Part shown: one piece after another, positions 47,950-57,296 of the stretch
How the letters are laid out: each line of letters starts with the position of its first letter
Numbering within the stretch: position 1 is the first letter of the stretch
Source of the DNA: Vicinamibacteria bacterium
Lineage (GTDB): Bacteria; Acidobacteriota; Vicinamibacteria; Marinacidobacterales; Marinacidobacteraceae
Reading direction: 5' to 3'
Length of the DNA stretch: 64,000 nt
Assembly: GCA_964291235.2 (NCBI GenBank)
Contig: OZ219816.1
Location: forward strand, 1-64,000
Notes under the pieces: generated by a model
The model's database searches: none
Told to the model about the DNA's origin: nothing
Seen by the model: the letters and a program-made list of their open reading frames with translations, nothing else
Made by a program: the position numbers and the translations under genes

Positions 47950-48154
47950 AAACTCCGCACCGGTTCGGCTTTCCCGCCGGACTCCCCGCGCCGGGCTTCT
48001 CCGGTGGACGGTGACGGCAAGGCACCTCCACTGGCCGGGACGTCCGCTACCCGCGGACCGCTACCATGATGCGCGTTGCGCCTTTCTTCCCGGAATCGGG
48101 GGCGCCGGGCGCCCTGCCGCGCCCGATGACGCGACAATTGACCAAGGAATCGCC

Positions 48155-49267
48155 ATGACCACCAAAGGCGCGACCGCCGCCGGATCCACCGGTGCGGGAC
48201 TCGTTGCCGCGCTCACCGCCGCGGAAGAGCGCTATCGCGAGGTGACCGAACGGCTCGCGAGTCCGGCAGTCCTCGCAGATCCGGCGGAGCTGAGACGCCT
48301 CGCCTCCATGCATTCCGAACTCGAACCGCTGATGGCGGCCGGCGAGCGTCACCGGGAACTCAGCGAGCAGCTTCAGGAAGCGATCGAGATGGAAAGCGAT
48401 CCGGATCCGGAGGTGGCGGAATTCGCGGCTGAGGAAGCGGCCGAAACCCGCGAAGCGCTGGATCGGATCACCGACGAGATCCGGCGGCGGCTGCTTCCGA
48501 AGGATCCGAACGACGATCGCAACGTCTTGCTGGAGGTGCGAGCGGGCACCGGCGGAGAGGAAGCGGCGCTCTTCGCGCGCGAGGTCTTCCGGATGTACGA
48601 GCAGTACGCGCGCTCCAACGGGTTCCGCGTGGACGTCGTTTCCAGCCAGGAGTCCCCGGTGGGCGGCATCAAGGAAATCGTCTCCGTGATCGAGGGCAAG
48701 GGCGCCTTCAACCGGCTGAAGTTCGAGAGCGGAGTGCACCGCGTCCAGCGGGTGCCGGCGACCGAGGCGTCCGGACGGATTCACACCTCGGCGGTCACCG
48801 TGGCGGTGCTGCCGGAGGCGGACGACGTCGAGATCCAGATCGACCCCAAGGACCTGCGGGTCGATACCTTCTGTTCTTCCGGCCCCGGCGGCCAGAGCGT
48901 GAACACCACCTACTCGGCAGTGCGCATCACGCACCTGCCCTCCGGTCTGGTGGTGAGCTGCCAGGACGAGAAGTCCCAGATAAAGAACAAGTCGAAGGCG
49001 CTCCGGGTGCTCAAGTCCCGGCTCCTCGAGCTGGCCCGCCAGGAACAACAGGAGCAGGTGGCCGAGGCCCGCCGCGGCCAGGTGGGCCGGGGGGACCGCA
49101 GCGAGAAGATCCGGACCTACAACTTCAAGGAAAACCGGATCACCGACCACCGGATCGCACTGACCCTGCATTCCCTCCCGAACGTCCTGGGAGGGGAGCT
49201 CGATCCCCTGATCGAGCCGCTCCACGCCCGCGAACAGTCCGACCGGCTGAAGGCGCTGAACCTCTGA
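48155..49267 (+). CDS. prfA: Peptide chain release factor 1
   Basis: EVRAGTGGEEA, HRVQRVPATE (PxT), GPGGQSVN and RSEKIRTYN. Confidence 0.97.
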   Translation: MTTKGATAAGSTGAGLVAALTAAEERYREVTERLASPAVLADPAELRRLASMHSELEPLMAAGERHRELSEQLQEAIEMESDPDPEVAEFAAEEAAETREALDRITDEIRRRLLPKDPNDDRNVLLEVRAGTGGEEAALFAREVFRMYEQYARSNGFRVDVVSSQESPVGGIKEIVSVIEGKGAFNRLKFESGVHRVQRVPATEASGRIHTSAVTVAVLPEADDVEIQIDPKDLRVDTFCSSGPGGQSVNTTYSAVRITHLPSGLVVSCQDEKSQIKNKSKALRVLKSRLLELARQEQQEQVAEARRGQVGRGDRSEKIRTYNFKENRITDHRIALTLHSLPNVLGGELDPLIEPLHAREQSDRLKALNL

Positions 49268-50136
49268 GTCGAGCGGCCACGATTCACGAGGCGCTCCGCG
49301 AGGCGGCGGGGCGGCTGGCCACCGCCGGTGTTCCCTCGCCGGAGTTTGATTCCCGGTTGCTGTTCCGCGCCGCCGCCCACTGGTCGGAGGCGGAATTGAT
49401 CGCCCGCGCGGGAGACCAACCCTCTCCGGCGGTGAAGAGGGCCTTTGACAGGCTGGTGCGCGAGCGGGCAACTCGCCGACCGCTCCAACATCTCGTTGGC
49501 GAGGTCGATTTCTTCGGCCTGACCCTTGCGGTCGGGCCCGGGGCGCTGATCCCCCGCCCGGATACCGAAACCCTGGTGGAAGCGGCTCTCACCCGATTCT
49601 CGGGGGACGACACTCTTCCGTTTCTCCTCGCCGACGTGGGCTGCGGATCAGGCGCCATCGCCCTGACCCTCGCCTCCCGCCTGCCCGCCAGCCGCTTCGT
49701 CGCGATCGACAACGCCCGGGGAGCGCTCGAACTCGCCGCCGAGAACAGCCGCCGGTGCCACCTCGAGTCACGAGTGCAACTGGTCGGCGCCGACCTGTTG
49801 ACGGCCGTCCGCCCCGGAACCCTCGACGGCGTGGTCGCCAACCTTCCCTATGTTCCGGATTCCTGCATCTCCCGGCTCGAGCCCGAGGTTCGGGACCACG
49901 AACCCCGCGACGCGCTGGCCGGGGGGCCCGACGGACTGGACCCGCTCCGGCGACTGGTCCGGATGGCGTCGCTCGTCCTTCGGCCGACCGGATGGCTGCT
50001 GGTCGAAATCGGCGCCGGCCAGGACGAGGCGGCGGCGAAAATCATCTCGAGCGCCGGATTGCGGAATGTGGAAATGCGCGCCGACCTCGCCGGAATCCCC
50101 CGGGTGCTCATCGCTTCGGCGGCGCCAGCCGGCTGA
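49264..50136 (+). CDS. prmC: Release factor glutamine methyltransferase
   Basis: PLQHLVG, LIPRPDTE, DVGCGSG, NLPY, EP..AL.GG.DG and DLAGIPR. The frame is open back to CTG 49264, which overlaps the prfA TGA. Confidence 0.93.
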   Translation: MSRAATIHEALREAAGRLATAGVPSPEFDSRLLFRAAAHWSEAELIARAGDQPSPAVKRAFDRLVRERATRRPLQHLVGEVDFFGLTLAVGPGALIPRPDTETLVEAALTRFSGDDTLPFLLADVGCGSGAIALTLASRLPASRFVAIDNARGALELAAENSRRCHLESRVQLVGADLLTAVRPGTLDGVVANLPYVPDSCISRLEPEVRDHEPRDALAGGPDGLDPLRRLVRMASLVLRPTGWLLVEIGAGQDEAAAKIISSAGLRNVEMRADLAGIPRVLIASAAPAG

Positions 50137-50170
50137 AACCGGCCCCCAGGCGCTGGGATAGGATCGAAAC

Positions 50171-51652
50171 GTGATCTACGTCGTCACGGTTCTCGGGTAC
50201 CTCGGCCTGTTGGTGTTCATCGCCCTCCGCCGAGCCCGGAACGTCTCCACCCAGGACGACTTCATGGTCGCGGGCCGCTCGGTTCCCTGGCAGGTTCTGG
50301 TGGGAACCCTCATCTGTACCTGGATCGGGTCCGGAAGCCTCTTCGGCGGTGCCGGCCGGGCCTTCCGGGAAGGATTCTCCGCGCTGTGGATGAGCGCGGG
50401 CGCCTGGGTCGGGATCGTGGTGGTCTTCTTTCTCGCGGCGCGGGTTCGGCGGATCGCCGAATACACGGTTCCCGACCTGCTGGAGCGCCGCTACCACCCC
50501 GCGGCCCGTCTCCTCGGAACCACCGCGATCGCGATTGCCTATCTCACCATCGCGGGATACCAGTTCGTGGGCGGCGGACGCCTGCTCGCCATTCTCTTTC
50601 CCGGCCTGGATCCGGATGCCGGGATGGCCATCGTCGCGGTGCTGGTGACCGTCTTCGCGGTGAGCGCCGGCATGCTCTCCGTGATCAGCCTCGACGTGGT
50701 GAACGGCGTCATCATCATCGTCAGCATCCTGATCGCGGCGCCGCTCGCCTTCGCTGGCGCCGGGGGCGTGGAGGGCTTGACCAGCGTCCTTCCCGAGACC
50801 CACTTCACGCTGACCGGCCGGCTTGGTCTTTCGGCCGCCATCGGCCTCTTCCTACCCACCATGCTCCTCCTGCTCGGGGAGAGCGGTATGTACCAGAAGT
50901 TCTACGCGGCCCGATCGGGGGCCGCCGCCAGGAAGGCGGTGATCGGGATGATCGTGGGCGTCATCCTGATCGAGGTCCTGATCGACGCCACTGCGGTCTT
51001 CGCGGCCGCCGGCTACTGGGCCGATCCCGCCTTTCGGACGGCCGGAGGGTTCGACGCCCGAGCCACCGAGACGGTGATCCTCGAGTTTGCGCGGCACCGG
51101 CTTCCCGTATTCGCCGGCTGCCTCTTGCTGGCGGGTGCGGTAGCCATCATTTTCTCGACGGCGACGACGTTCCTCCTTGTGCCCTCCACCGGGATGGCGC
51201 GGGACATCTACCAGCGCTTCGTACGGCCGGACGCGGATTCGCGGGCCGTGATCCGGTTCCAGCGCTTCGCCATGGTGGGTCTTTCCGGGCTCGCGCTCGT
51301 CATCACCACCCGCTTCGAGAGCATCCTCGACATGGCGCTCTACGCCTACACGATGGTGGGGGCCGCGGTGACCCCCGCCCTGCTCGCCGCGTTCCTTTGG
51401 CGGCGCGCCAGCCCCATCGGCGGGGTGATTTCTATCTCGGCCGGGATCGTGACGACCCTCATCTTCGGAGTGCTGAACTCGGCAGGGATCGAGCGCGTAC
51501 TGTTCCTTCCCACCGATTACGACTACGTGATCTATCCCGCCGCGGCGGCCTCCATCTCCGGACTGATCGTCGGCAGCCTGCTGACGGCGCCCCCACGGCC
51601 GGAACAGGTAGAGGCGTTTCTTGGAAATGGAGATTCCGATGCCGGAAGCTGA
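50171..51652 (+). CDS. Sodium:solute symporter (SSS family)
   Basis: DFMVAGR, TWIGSGS, TVPDLLERRY and about 13 hydrophobic segments. Confidence 0.92.
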   Translation: MIYVVTVLGYLGLLVFIALRRARNVSTQDDFMVAGRSVPWQVLVGTLICTWIGSGSLFGGAGRAFREGFSALWMSAGAWVGIVVVFFLAARVRRIAEYTVPDLLERRYHPAARLLGTTAIAIAYLTIAGYQFVGGGRLLAILFPGLDPDAGMAIVAVLVTVFAVSAGMLSVISLDVVNGVIIIVSILIAAPLAFAGAGGVEGLTSVLPETHFTLTGRLGLSAAIGLFLPTMLLLLGESGMYQKFYAARSGAAARKAVIGMIVGVILIEVLIDATAVFAAAGYWADPAFRTAGGFDARATETVILEFARHRLPVFAGCLLLAGAVAIIFSTATTFLLVPSTGMARDIYQRFVRPDADSRAVIRFQRFAMVGLSGLALVITTRFESILDMALYAYTMVGAAVTPALLAAFLWRRASPIGGVISISAGIVTTLIFGVLNSAGIERVLFLPTDYDYVIYPAAAASISGLIVGSLLTAPPRPEQVEAFLGNGDSDAGS

Positions 51653-52424
51653 GGTCGCAATCCTCGAACGCGGACCCGCCGTCCGGGTCGAAATGCGCTG
51701 GCCGGAAAAGCGGAACGCGCTGTCCGTCGCGATGATGGACCGGCTGGCGGCGACCGTGCGGGCGGCGGCCGCCCGGGAAGGCGCCCGCGCCATCGTGTTG
51801 GCGGGCGCCGGCCCTGCCTTCTCCGCCGGCCACTACCTGCCGGAAATGGTGGGGGCGCGCCCCGAGGAGCAGCGCCGCGTGTTCGCAGCCTGCCTCGGTC
51901 TGATGGAGACGCTTCACGAGCTTCCGCTGCCAGTGATCGCCGAGGTGCGTGGCATCGCCACGGCCGCCGGATGTCAGTTGGTCGCCGCCTGCGATTTGGC
52001 GGTAGCCGCCGAGACCGCGCGTTTCGCCACCCCGGGGGTCCGCATCGGGTTGTTCTGTTCGACGCCCATGGTTCCGGTGAGCCGCGCCGTCGGCGGGAAG
52101 CGCGCCATGGAGATGCTGCTTACCGGAGACTTCATCGACGCCCGCACCGCACTGGAATGGGGGCTCCTGAACCGGGTCGTTCCCGAGGAAGGACTCGAGG
52201 CGGAGTGCCAGGCGTTCGCGGAACGGATCGCCGAGGCGAGCCCCTTCGTGGTCGCGCTCGGGAAACGCGCCTTCCACAGCCAGGCCGGGCTCAGCGTCGA
52301 GGACGCCTACGCCCGAATGTCCGAAGTGATGTGCCAAAACGCCGTCGAACCCGACGCTCAGGAGGGGATGCGCGCCTTCCTCGAGAAACGGCGGCCAAGC
52401 TGGACCCAGAGCGCCGGAACCTGA
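51639..52424 (+). CDS. Enoyl-CoA hydratase/isomerase (crotonase) family
   Basis: KRNALS, FSAGH, ATAAGCQLVAACDL, GLFCSTP and EGMRAFLEKR. Confidence 0.92.
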   Translation: MPEAEVAILERGPAVRVEMRWPEKRNALSVAMMDRLAATVRAAAAREGARAIVLAGAGPAFSAGHYLPEMVGARPEEQRRVFAACLGLMETLHELPLPVIAEVRGIATAAGCQLVAACDLAVAAETARFATPGVRIGLFCSTPMVPVSRAVGGKRAMEMLLTGDFIDARTALEWGLLNRVVPEEGLEAECQAFAERIAEASPFVVALGKRAFHSQAGLSVEDAYARMSEVMCQNAVEPDAQEGMRAFLEKRRPSWTQSAGT

Positions 52425-52439
52425 AGTTCCGGACGATTC

Positions 52440-52497
52440 GCGCTATCGGCGGGGCCGCAGCCGGTAGGGCGCTATCGGCGGGGCCGCAGCCGGTAGG
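52440..52497. repeat. Perfect 29-bp tandem duplication of the GNAT 3' end
   Basis: GCGCTATCGGCGGGGCCGCAGCCGGTAGG at 52440-52468 and 52469-52497. Confidence 0.95.
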
Positions 52498-53302
52498 CGG
52501 CGTCCGGTCCGTCCCGACAAAAGCGCACCACCTCATATCCCCGCCGGAAGAGCTCGGTGAGAGCCTCCCGGCTTCGCAGCCTCCAGTCCAGGGCAAGACC
52601 GGTGTCCCGCCGAAGGAGGTCGTTGAAGTCCGGCGGGATCAGAAAGAGCACATCGCCGCCTCCCGCGTCTTCCGGCGGAATGGTGATTTCGCCGCTCTCC
52701 GGCAAACCACTCGCGCGGAAGGAAATCCGGTTGGCGCGGAACAGGTCAGGTATTCCGGGCGACGGAATGAGTTCTCCCCGTCGAGCCCGCGCCACCCGTT
52801 CGGACGCGAGTTGCCAGTCGGGTTCGAGCCGGTCCGTCGGAATCCCGCCGTGCAGAGGGCTGTTGCTTTCTCCGTACACGTTCAGCCGGTACACCGACGA
52901 CACGCAGCCGAGATGGTTGATGTTCAGATGGGCGTTGCGCGCCTGGAGCGGATCAAACGTCCAGTTCACCCGCCGGATCCCCTGGGCCAGAACCCGGTCG
53001 GCCTGCGCCCACTTGAGCGCGAGGCCTATCCCGGCTCCCTGGAACTCCGGCCGCACCGCGAGCATGTGGGAGTGATGGAACGACTCCCCGCCCCCAACCC
53101 CGGGAAAGCCACACACGAAGCCGGCCATCCGTTCGCCGACGAAGGCGCCGGCGGAAACCGCGCCGTAGTGGCCCATCACCGCGAGCAGTCCCGCCGGGAC
53201 AACATCCAGTTCGATGAATCCCCAGACTTCCTTCTGGATTTCCTCGCACTCCTTCATGTCGGCCATGCCGGCGAGGTCGCGGATCGAGAAGCTGACGGCC
53301 AT
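52472..53302 (-). CDS. GNAT acyltransferase (COG3375-like)
   Basis: HSHMLAVRPE..G.GIG..LKWAQ, WTFDPLQARNAHLN and PTDRL. Confidence 0.85.
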   Translation of the reverse strand: MAVSFSIRDLAGMADMKECEEIQKEVWGFIELDVVPAGLLAVMGHYGAVSAGAFVGERMAGFVCGFPGVGGGESFHHSHMLAVRPEFQGAGIGLALKWAQADRVLAQGIRRVNWTFDPLQARNAHLNINHLGCVSSVYRLNVYGESNSPLHGGIPTDRLEPDWQLASERVARARRGELIPSPGIPDLFRANRISFRASGLPESGEITIPPEDAGGGDVLFLIPPDFNDLLRRDTGLALDWRLRSREALTELFRRGYEVVRFCRDGPDAAYRLRPRR

Positions 53303-53423
53303 TTCGGGAGATAACGGGCGAGAAGTGTAAGGAAGATGTCCTCCGAACGGTTGCTTCGAGGCCTGCCGGCGGCGGCATCAGTCTGCGGGAGGGATCGTCC
53401 CCCACACTAGAATCCGTGTTCGC

Positions 53424-53951
53424 TTGACTCACCTCCTTCGAGGGCGCCGTCCCCTGTTGTTCGCCCTCTTCTTTGGGGTTCTGATTGCCGACCGGATCAC
53501 CAAGGTCCTCGCGGAGCGCTCCCTGTCCATGGGCAGCCCGGTGGAAGTGATTCCGGGATTCTTCCAACTCACACTGGTCCACAACACCGGGATGGCGTTC
53601 GGCCTGCTCGGCGGGACTGCCATTCCGGGGAAAGCCTGGCTGCTCACGGCCGTCTCGGTCGGATTGCTGGTCGCGATCGTGTGGTTCGCATGGCGAGCCG
53701 GCCCCCTGTCGGCGATGACCATCGCCGGACTCGCCGCCATGCTGTCGGGCGCCATCGGGAACATCATCGACCGGCTCCTCTATGGATACGTGGTGGACTT
53801 TGTCGACATCTACGTCGGCACCGCCCACTGGCCCGCCTTCAACATCGCGGACGCGACGATCTGCACCGGGGTCGGCCTGCTGATGCTGGAGAGCGTGCGT
53901 GATCTCCGCCGAGAGTCCCGCGCCGGCCAGGAAAACCCGACCGGGACTTAG
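53424..53951 (+). CDS. lspA: Lipoprotein signal peptidase
   Basis: HNTGMAFG, GAIGNIIDR, VVDF and WPAFNIAD. Confidence 0.96.
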   Translation: MTHLLRGRRPLLFALFFGVLIADRITKVLAERSLSMGSPVEVIPGFFQLTLVHNTGMAFGLLGGTAIPGKAWLLTAVSVGLLVAIVWFAWRAGPLSAMTIAGLAAMLSGAIGNIIDRLLYGYVVDFVDIYVGTAHWPAFNIADATICTGVGLLMLESVRDLRRESRAGQENPTGT

Positions 53952-53954
53952 TAC

Positions 53955-54746
53955 ATGTTTCCGCGCCTCGCGGACTTCGGGTCCATTGAGTTCCTGGGGC
54001 GGAGCTTTCATCCCATCCTCCACACCTACGGCATCCTCATGGTTGCCGGTTTCTTTCTCGGCCTCTACGTCGCGGCGAGACGGGCGCCGCGCTACGGCAT
54101 CCAGCCGCAGCACATCTACGACCTCGGCCTCTACCTGGTAGTCGGGGCGCTGGTCGGCGCCAAGGTGCTCCTGATCCTGCTGGATCCAGCCCGGTTTCTG
54201 GCCAACCCGTGGGGTTTCGTCACGGCGGGGGGTGTCTTCTTCGGCGGACTCCTGGGCGCGGTCGGGGCCAGCATCTGGTTCTTCAAGAAACGCGGGATTC
54301 CCGTCTGGCACGGCGGAGACCTGATGGCGCCCTCGATCGCCCTGGGGCACGGCATCGGCAGGTTGGGATGCTTCGCCGCGGGCTGCTGTTACGGGATTCC
54401 GGCCGACGGCCTGCCCTCCGTCACCTTCACCGACGTGTACGCGAACTCGGTCACCGGGGTTCCGCTCCACACCCCCCTCCACCCGACGCAGCTCTATGAA
54501 GCGGGCTTCGAATTCGCTCTCTTTCTCTTCCTGTTGTGGCTCGCCCCCCGGCGCCGGTTCGCGGGCCAGCTCTTCCTTACCTGGGCGATCCTCTACCCGG
54601 TCGCCCGCTTCATCATCGAGTTCTACCGGGGCGACCCGCGCGGCTTCATTCTGGACGGACTCTTCTCGACCTCCCAGTTCGTCGGTATCTGGATCGTCGC
54701 GGCAGCGGTAGTCTCTTTGCTTGTCCTCCGCAGACGTCCTGCCTGA
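53955..54746 (+). CDS. lgt: Prolipoprotein diacylglyceryl transferase
   Basis: HTYG, FFGG, GRLGCFAAGCCYG, HPTQLYE and RFIIEFYRGD. Confidence 0.95.
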   Translation: MFPRLADFGSIEFLGRSFHPILHTYGILMVAGFFLGLYVAARRAPRYGIQPQHIYDLGLYLVVGALVGAKVLLILLDPARFLANPWGFVTAGGVFFGGLLGAVGASIWFFKKRGIPVWHGGDLMAPSIALGHGIGRLGCFAAGCCYGIPADGLPSVTFTDVYANSVTGVPLHTPLHPTQLYEAGFEFALFLFLLWLAPRRRFAGQLFLTWAILYPVARFIIEFYRGDPRGFILDGLFSTSQFVGIWIVAAAVVSLLVLRRRPA

Positions 54747-55743
54747 GTCGCCGAAACCTTCCGGCGAAACGACGCTCGAGTTCGAGGTTGGCGCCGCCGG
54801 TGACGGCAAGCGGCTCGACCTGATCGCCTCGGAGGCGCTGCCGGATATCAGCCGCAGCGAGGCGGCGCGCTGGGTGGCTGCGGGACTCGTCCTGCTGGAC
54901 GGCGAACCCCGGCGCCCAAGCCATCGCTGCCGCACCGGCCAGCGGGTGCGGATCGCGGCCCCCGGTGACGGCCGCAGCCCTCTCTTCGGCGCTCCCCACG
55001 AGAACGATCCCGTGTCCCCCGAACCCCTCGCGCTCGATGTCCTGCACGAGGATTCCTCGCTGGTTGTCATCAACAAACCGGCGGGGCTGGTAGTGCACCC
55101 GGGGCCCGGCCACCGGGAGGGAACTCTCGTGAACGGCTTGATCCACCGATACCCGGAAATCGCTGCCGTCGGCCCACCGGGCCGTCCGGGACTCGTACAT
55201 CGCCTCGACCGGGGAACGAGCGGCGTGCTGCTTGCCGCGAGAACGGAGCCGGCGCGGTTACGTCTCGCCGAGGCCTTCGCCGAGCGGCAGATCGAGAAGC
55301 AGTATCTGGCGCTGGTGATGGGGCGGTTCCGCGAACACCGGCGGATCGCCGAGCCCATTGGGCGCGATCCGAAGTACGGGCAACGCTACCGCTGCCGCGG
55401 GCGGTACGCCCGGGAGGCGGAGAGCGAGGCCTGGCCCGTCGAGGAACTCCCGCTCTCCACCCTCGTCGGTATTCGCCTCCACACCGGGAGAACCCACCAG
55501 GCCCGCGTCCATCTGGCTCACCTCGGCTATCCCATCGCCGGGGACGTGATGTACGGCCCCGCCGCTCCGCGCCGCGGTGGCGGCCAGGCGGGCGCGGCGC
55601 TCCGGCGCCTCGACCGCCCCGCGCTCCACGCCGCCGAGATCGGCTTCACCCATCCGCGCACCGGGGAGCCCGTCCGGTTCTCGGCGCCGCTTCCCGAGGA
55701 TCTGGAGAGGACGCTCACCACCCTGCGGTCGGCAACGGGGTAA
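54721..55743 (+). CDS. rluD: RluA/RluD family pseudouridine synthase
   Basis: S4 domain, NKPAGLVVHP, VHRLDRGTSG, TGRTHQ and ALHA. Confidence 0.9.
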   Translation: MSSADVLPESPKPSGETTLEFEVGAAGDGKRLDLIASEALPDISRSEAARWVAAGLVLLDGEPRRPSHRCRTGQRVRIAAPGDGRSPLFGAPHENDPVSPEPLALDVLHEDSSLVVINKPAGLVVHPGPGHREGTLVNGLIHRYPEIAAVGPPGRPGLVHRLDRGTSGVLLAARTEPARLRLAEAFAERQIEKQYLALVMGRFREHRRIAEPIGRDPKYGQRYRCRGRYAREAESEAWPVEELPLSTLVGIRLHTGRTHQARVHLAHLGYPIAGDVMYGPAAPRRGGGQAGAALRRLDRPALHAAEIGFTHPRTGEPVRFSAPLPEDLERTLTTLRSATG

Positions 55744-55821
55744 CTGCCGAAACGGCATCGCGGCGGCATCCCTCCCCCGCTCGCCTCCCGTCGCATAGGA
55801 TTCGCGCGGTCAGCTGCACGC

Positions 55822-56355
55822 ATGGACACGGTTCTCGGAAGCCAGGAATTCCGGGAGGCGCTTTCCCGGCTCGGAGACCTGGTGGCCAAGGGGGCTCCCG
55901 AGCGACTGGCGATTCTCGGGGTTCGCCGGCGAGGCGTACCGCTTGCCGCGCGGATCCGCCGCCACCTTGAGGACTCGGGACGCCGCGACATCCCGGCGGG
56001 CGAGCTGGACATCAATCTCTACCGGGACGACGTGCACGACCGCGGCATCCCGCGCATCGGGGAGACCCGCATTCCGTTCGCGCTGGAAGAGCGCCACATC
56101 CTGTTGGTGGACGATGTGCTGTTCACCGGACGGACGGTGCGGGCGGCGCTCACCGCGCTCAGCAACTTCGGCCGTCCCAGGAGCGTCCGCCTCGCCGTCA
56201 TGGTGGACCGGGGGGGCCGGGAACTGCCGATCGCAGCCGATTTCGTGGGGCTCCACGTGGCCGCCGGCCCCGGCGACATGGTCCGCGTTCGGGTGCAGGA
56301 GGAAGACGGCGAAGACGGGGTCGTCACGATCCCCCGGGGGGAGGCCGCGGAGTGA
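55822..56355 (+). CDS. pyrR: Bifunctional pyr operon regulator/uracil phosphoribosyltransferase
   Basis: LDINLYRDD, VDDVLFTGRTVRAA and DRGGRELPI. Confidence 0.95.
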   Translation: MDTVLGSQEFREALSRLGDLVAKGAPERLAILGVRRRGVPLAARIRRHLEDSGRRDIPAGELDINLYRDDVHDRGIPRIGETRIPFALEERHILLVDDVLFTGRTVRAALTALSNFGRPRSVRLAVMVDRGGRELPIAADFVGLHVAAGPGDMVRVRVQEEDGEDGVVTIPRGEAAE

Positions 56356-57296
56356 GACATCTCCTTGGCATTCGCGGCCTGACCCCGGAAGAAGCGCTCG
56401 GCATCCTGGACGAAGCGCCTCGCTACCAGGACGTGGAAAACCAGCCGGTACCGCGGGTTCCGATCCTCGTCGGCCGCACCGTGACCCACCTGTTCATGGA
56501 GCCTTCAACGCGGACCCAGGCGTCTTTCCAGCTTGCGGCGAAGCGCCTGTCGGCGGAGCCCCTGTCCTTCGTTCCCAAGTCGTCTTCGCTGACGAAGGGC
56601 GAGACCTTCCTCGACACGGCCCGCACCCTGGCCTCGATGGCCCCGGACATCGTGGTCGTCAGGAGCCGGGAGTCGGGAGCTCCGCACGTGCTGGCGCGCG
56701 AGATTCCAACGGCACAGGTCATCAACGCGGGAGACGGAATCAGCGAGCATCCCACCCAGGCGTTGCTGGACGCATTCACGATCCGCAAACATCTCGGACG
56801 CCTCGCCGGGGTGCGGGTGACGATCATCGGGGATCTGCTGCACAGCCGGGTCTTCCGTTCGAACGCCCGTCTGCTGACGATGCTCGGCGCCGAGGTGCGA
56901 TGTTGCGGTCCCCCGACGCTCGTTCCACCGGGCCTCGACCAGCTCGGGGTCCGTTCGCTGCTCCACATCGAGGAGGCCCTCGAAGGCGCCGAAGCGGTCA
57001 TGGTGCTCCGCATCCAGCACGAGCGGATGCACGCTTCCTACATCCCCACCGAACGCGAGTACTTCCGGGAGTTCGGCCTCACCGGCGGACGCCTCGCCCT
57101 GACCGATGGCGCCATCGTGCTCCATCCGGGCCCCCTCAACCGGGGCGTGGAAATCTCGTCCGAAGTGGCGGACGGGCCCCAATCGGTCATTCTCGACCAG
57201 GTGCGGAACGGCGTCGCGGTCCGGATGGCGGTGCTGGCGGAGATCGCCCGCAGCAGCCCGAGGGGTCGTCCCCGGAAAGGTACCGCCGATGGCTGA
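56352..57296 (+). CDS. pyrB: Aspartate carbamoyltransferase catalytic subunit
   Basis: EPSTRT, KGET, NAGDG..EHPTQALLD, HSRV, RIQHER and HPGPLNRG. Confidence 0.96.
   Translation: MRHLLGIRGLTPEEALGILDEAPRYQDVENQPVPRVPILVGRTVTHLFMEPSTRTQASFQLAAKRLSAEPLSFVPKSSSLTKGETFLDTARTLASMAPDIVVVRSRESGAPHVLAREIPTAQVINAGDGISEHPTQALLDAFTIRKHLGRLAGVRVTIIGDLLHSRVFRSNARLLTMLGAEVRCCGPPTLVPPGLDQLGVRSLLHIEEALEGAEAVMVLRIQHERMHASYIPTEREYFREFGLTGGRLALTDGAIVLHPGPLNRGVEISSEVADGPQSVILDQVRNGVAVRMAVLAEIARSSPRGRPRKGTADG

Noticed and set aside
55744-55821. PyrR-binding attenuator upstream of pyrR
   Set aside because: The leader is short and I could not find the AGTCCAGAGAGG-type motif or a terminator/antiterminator.
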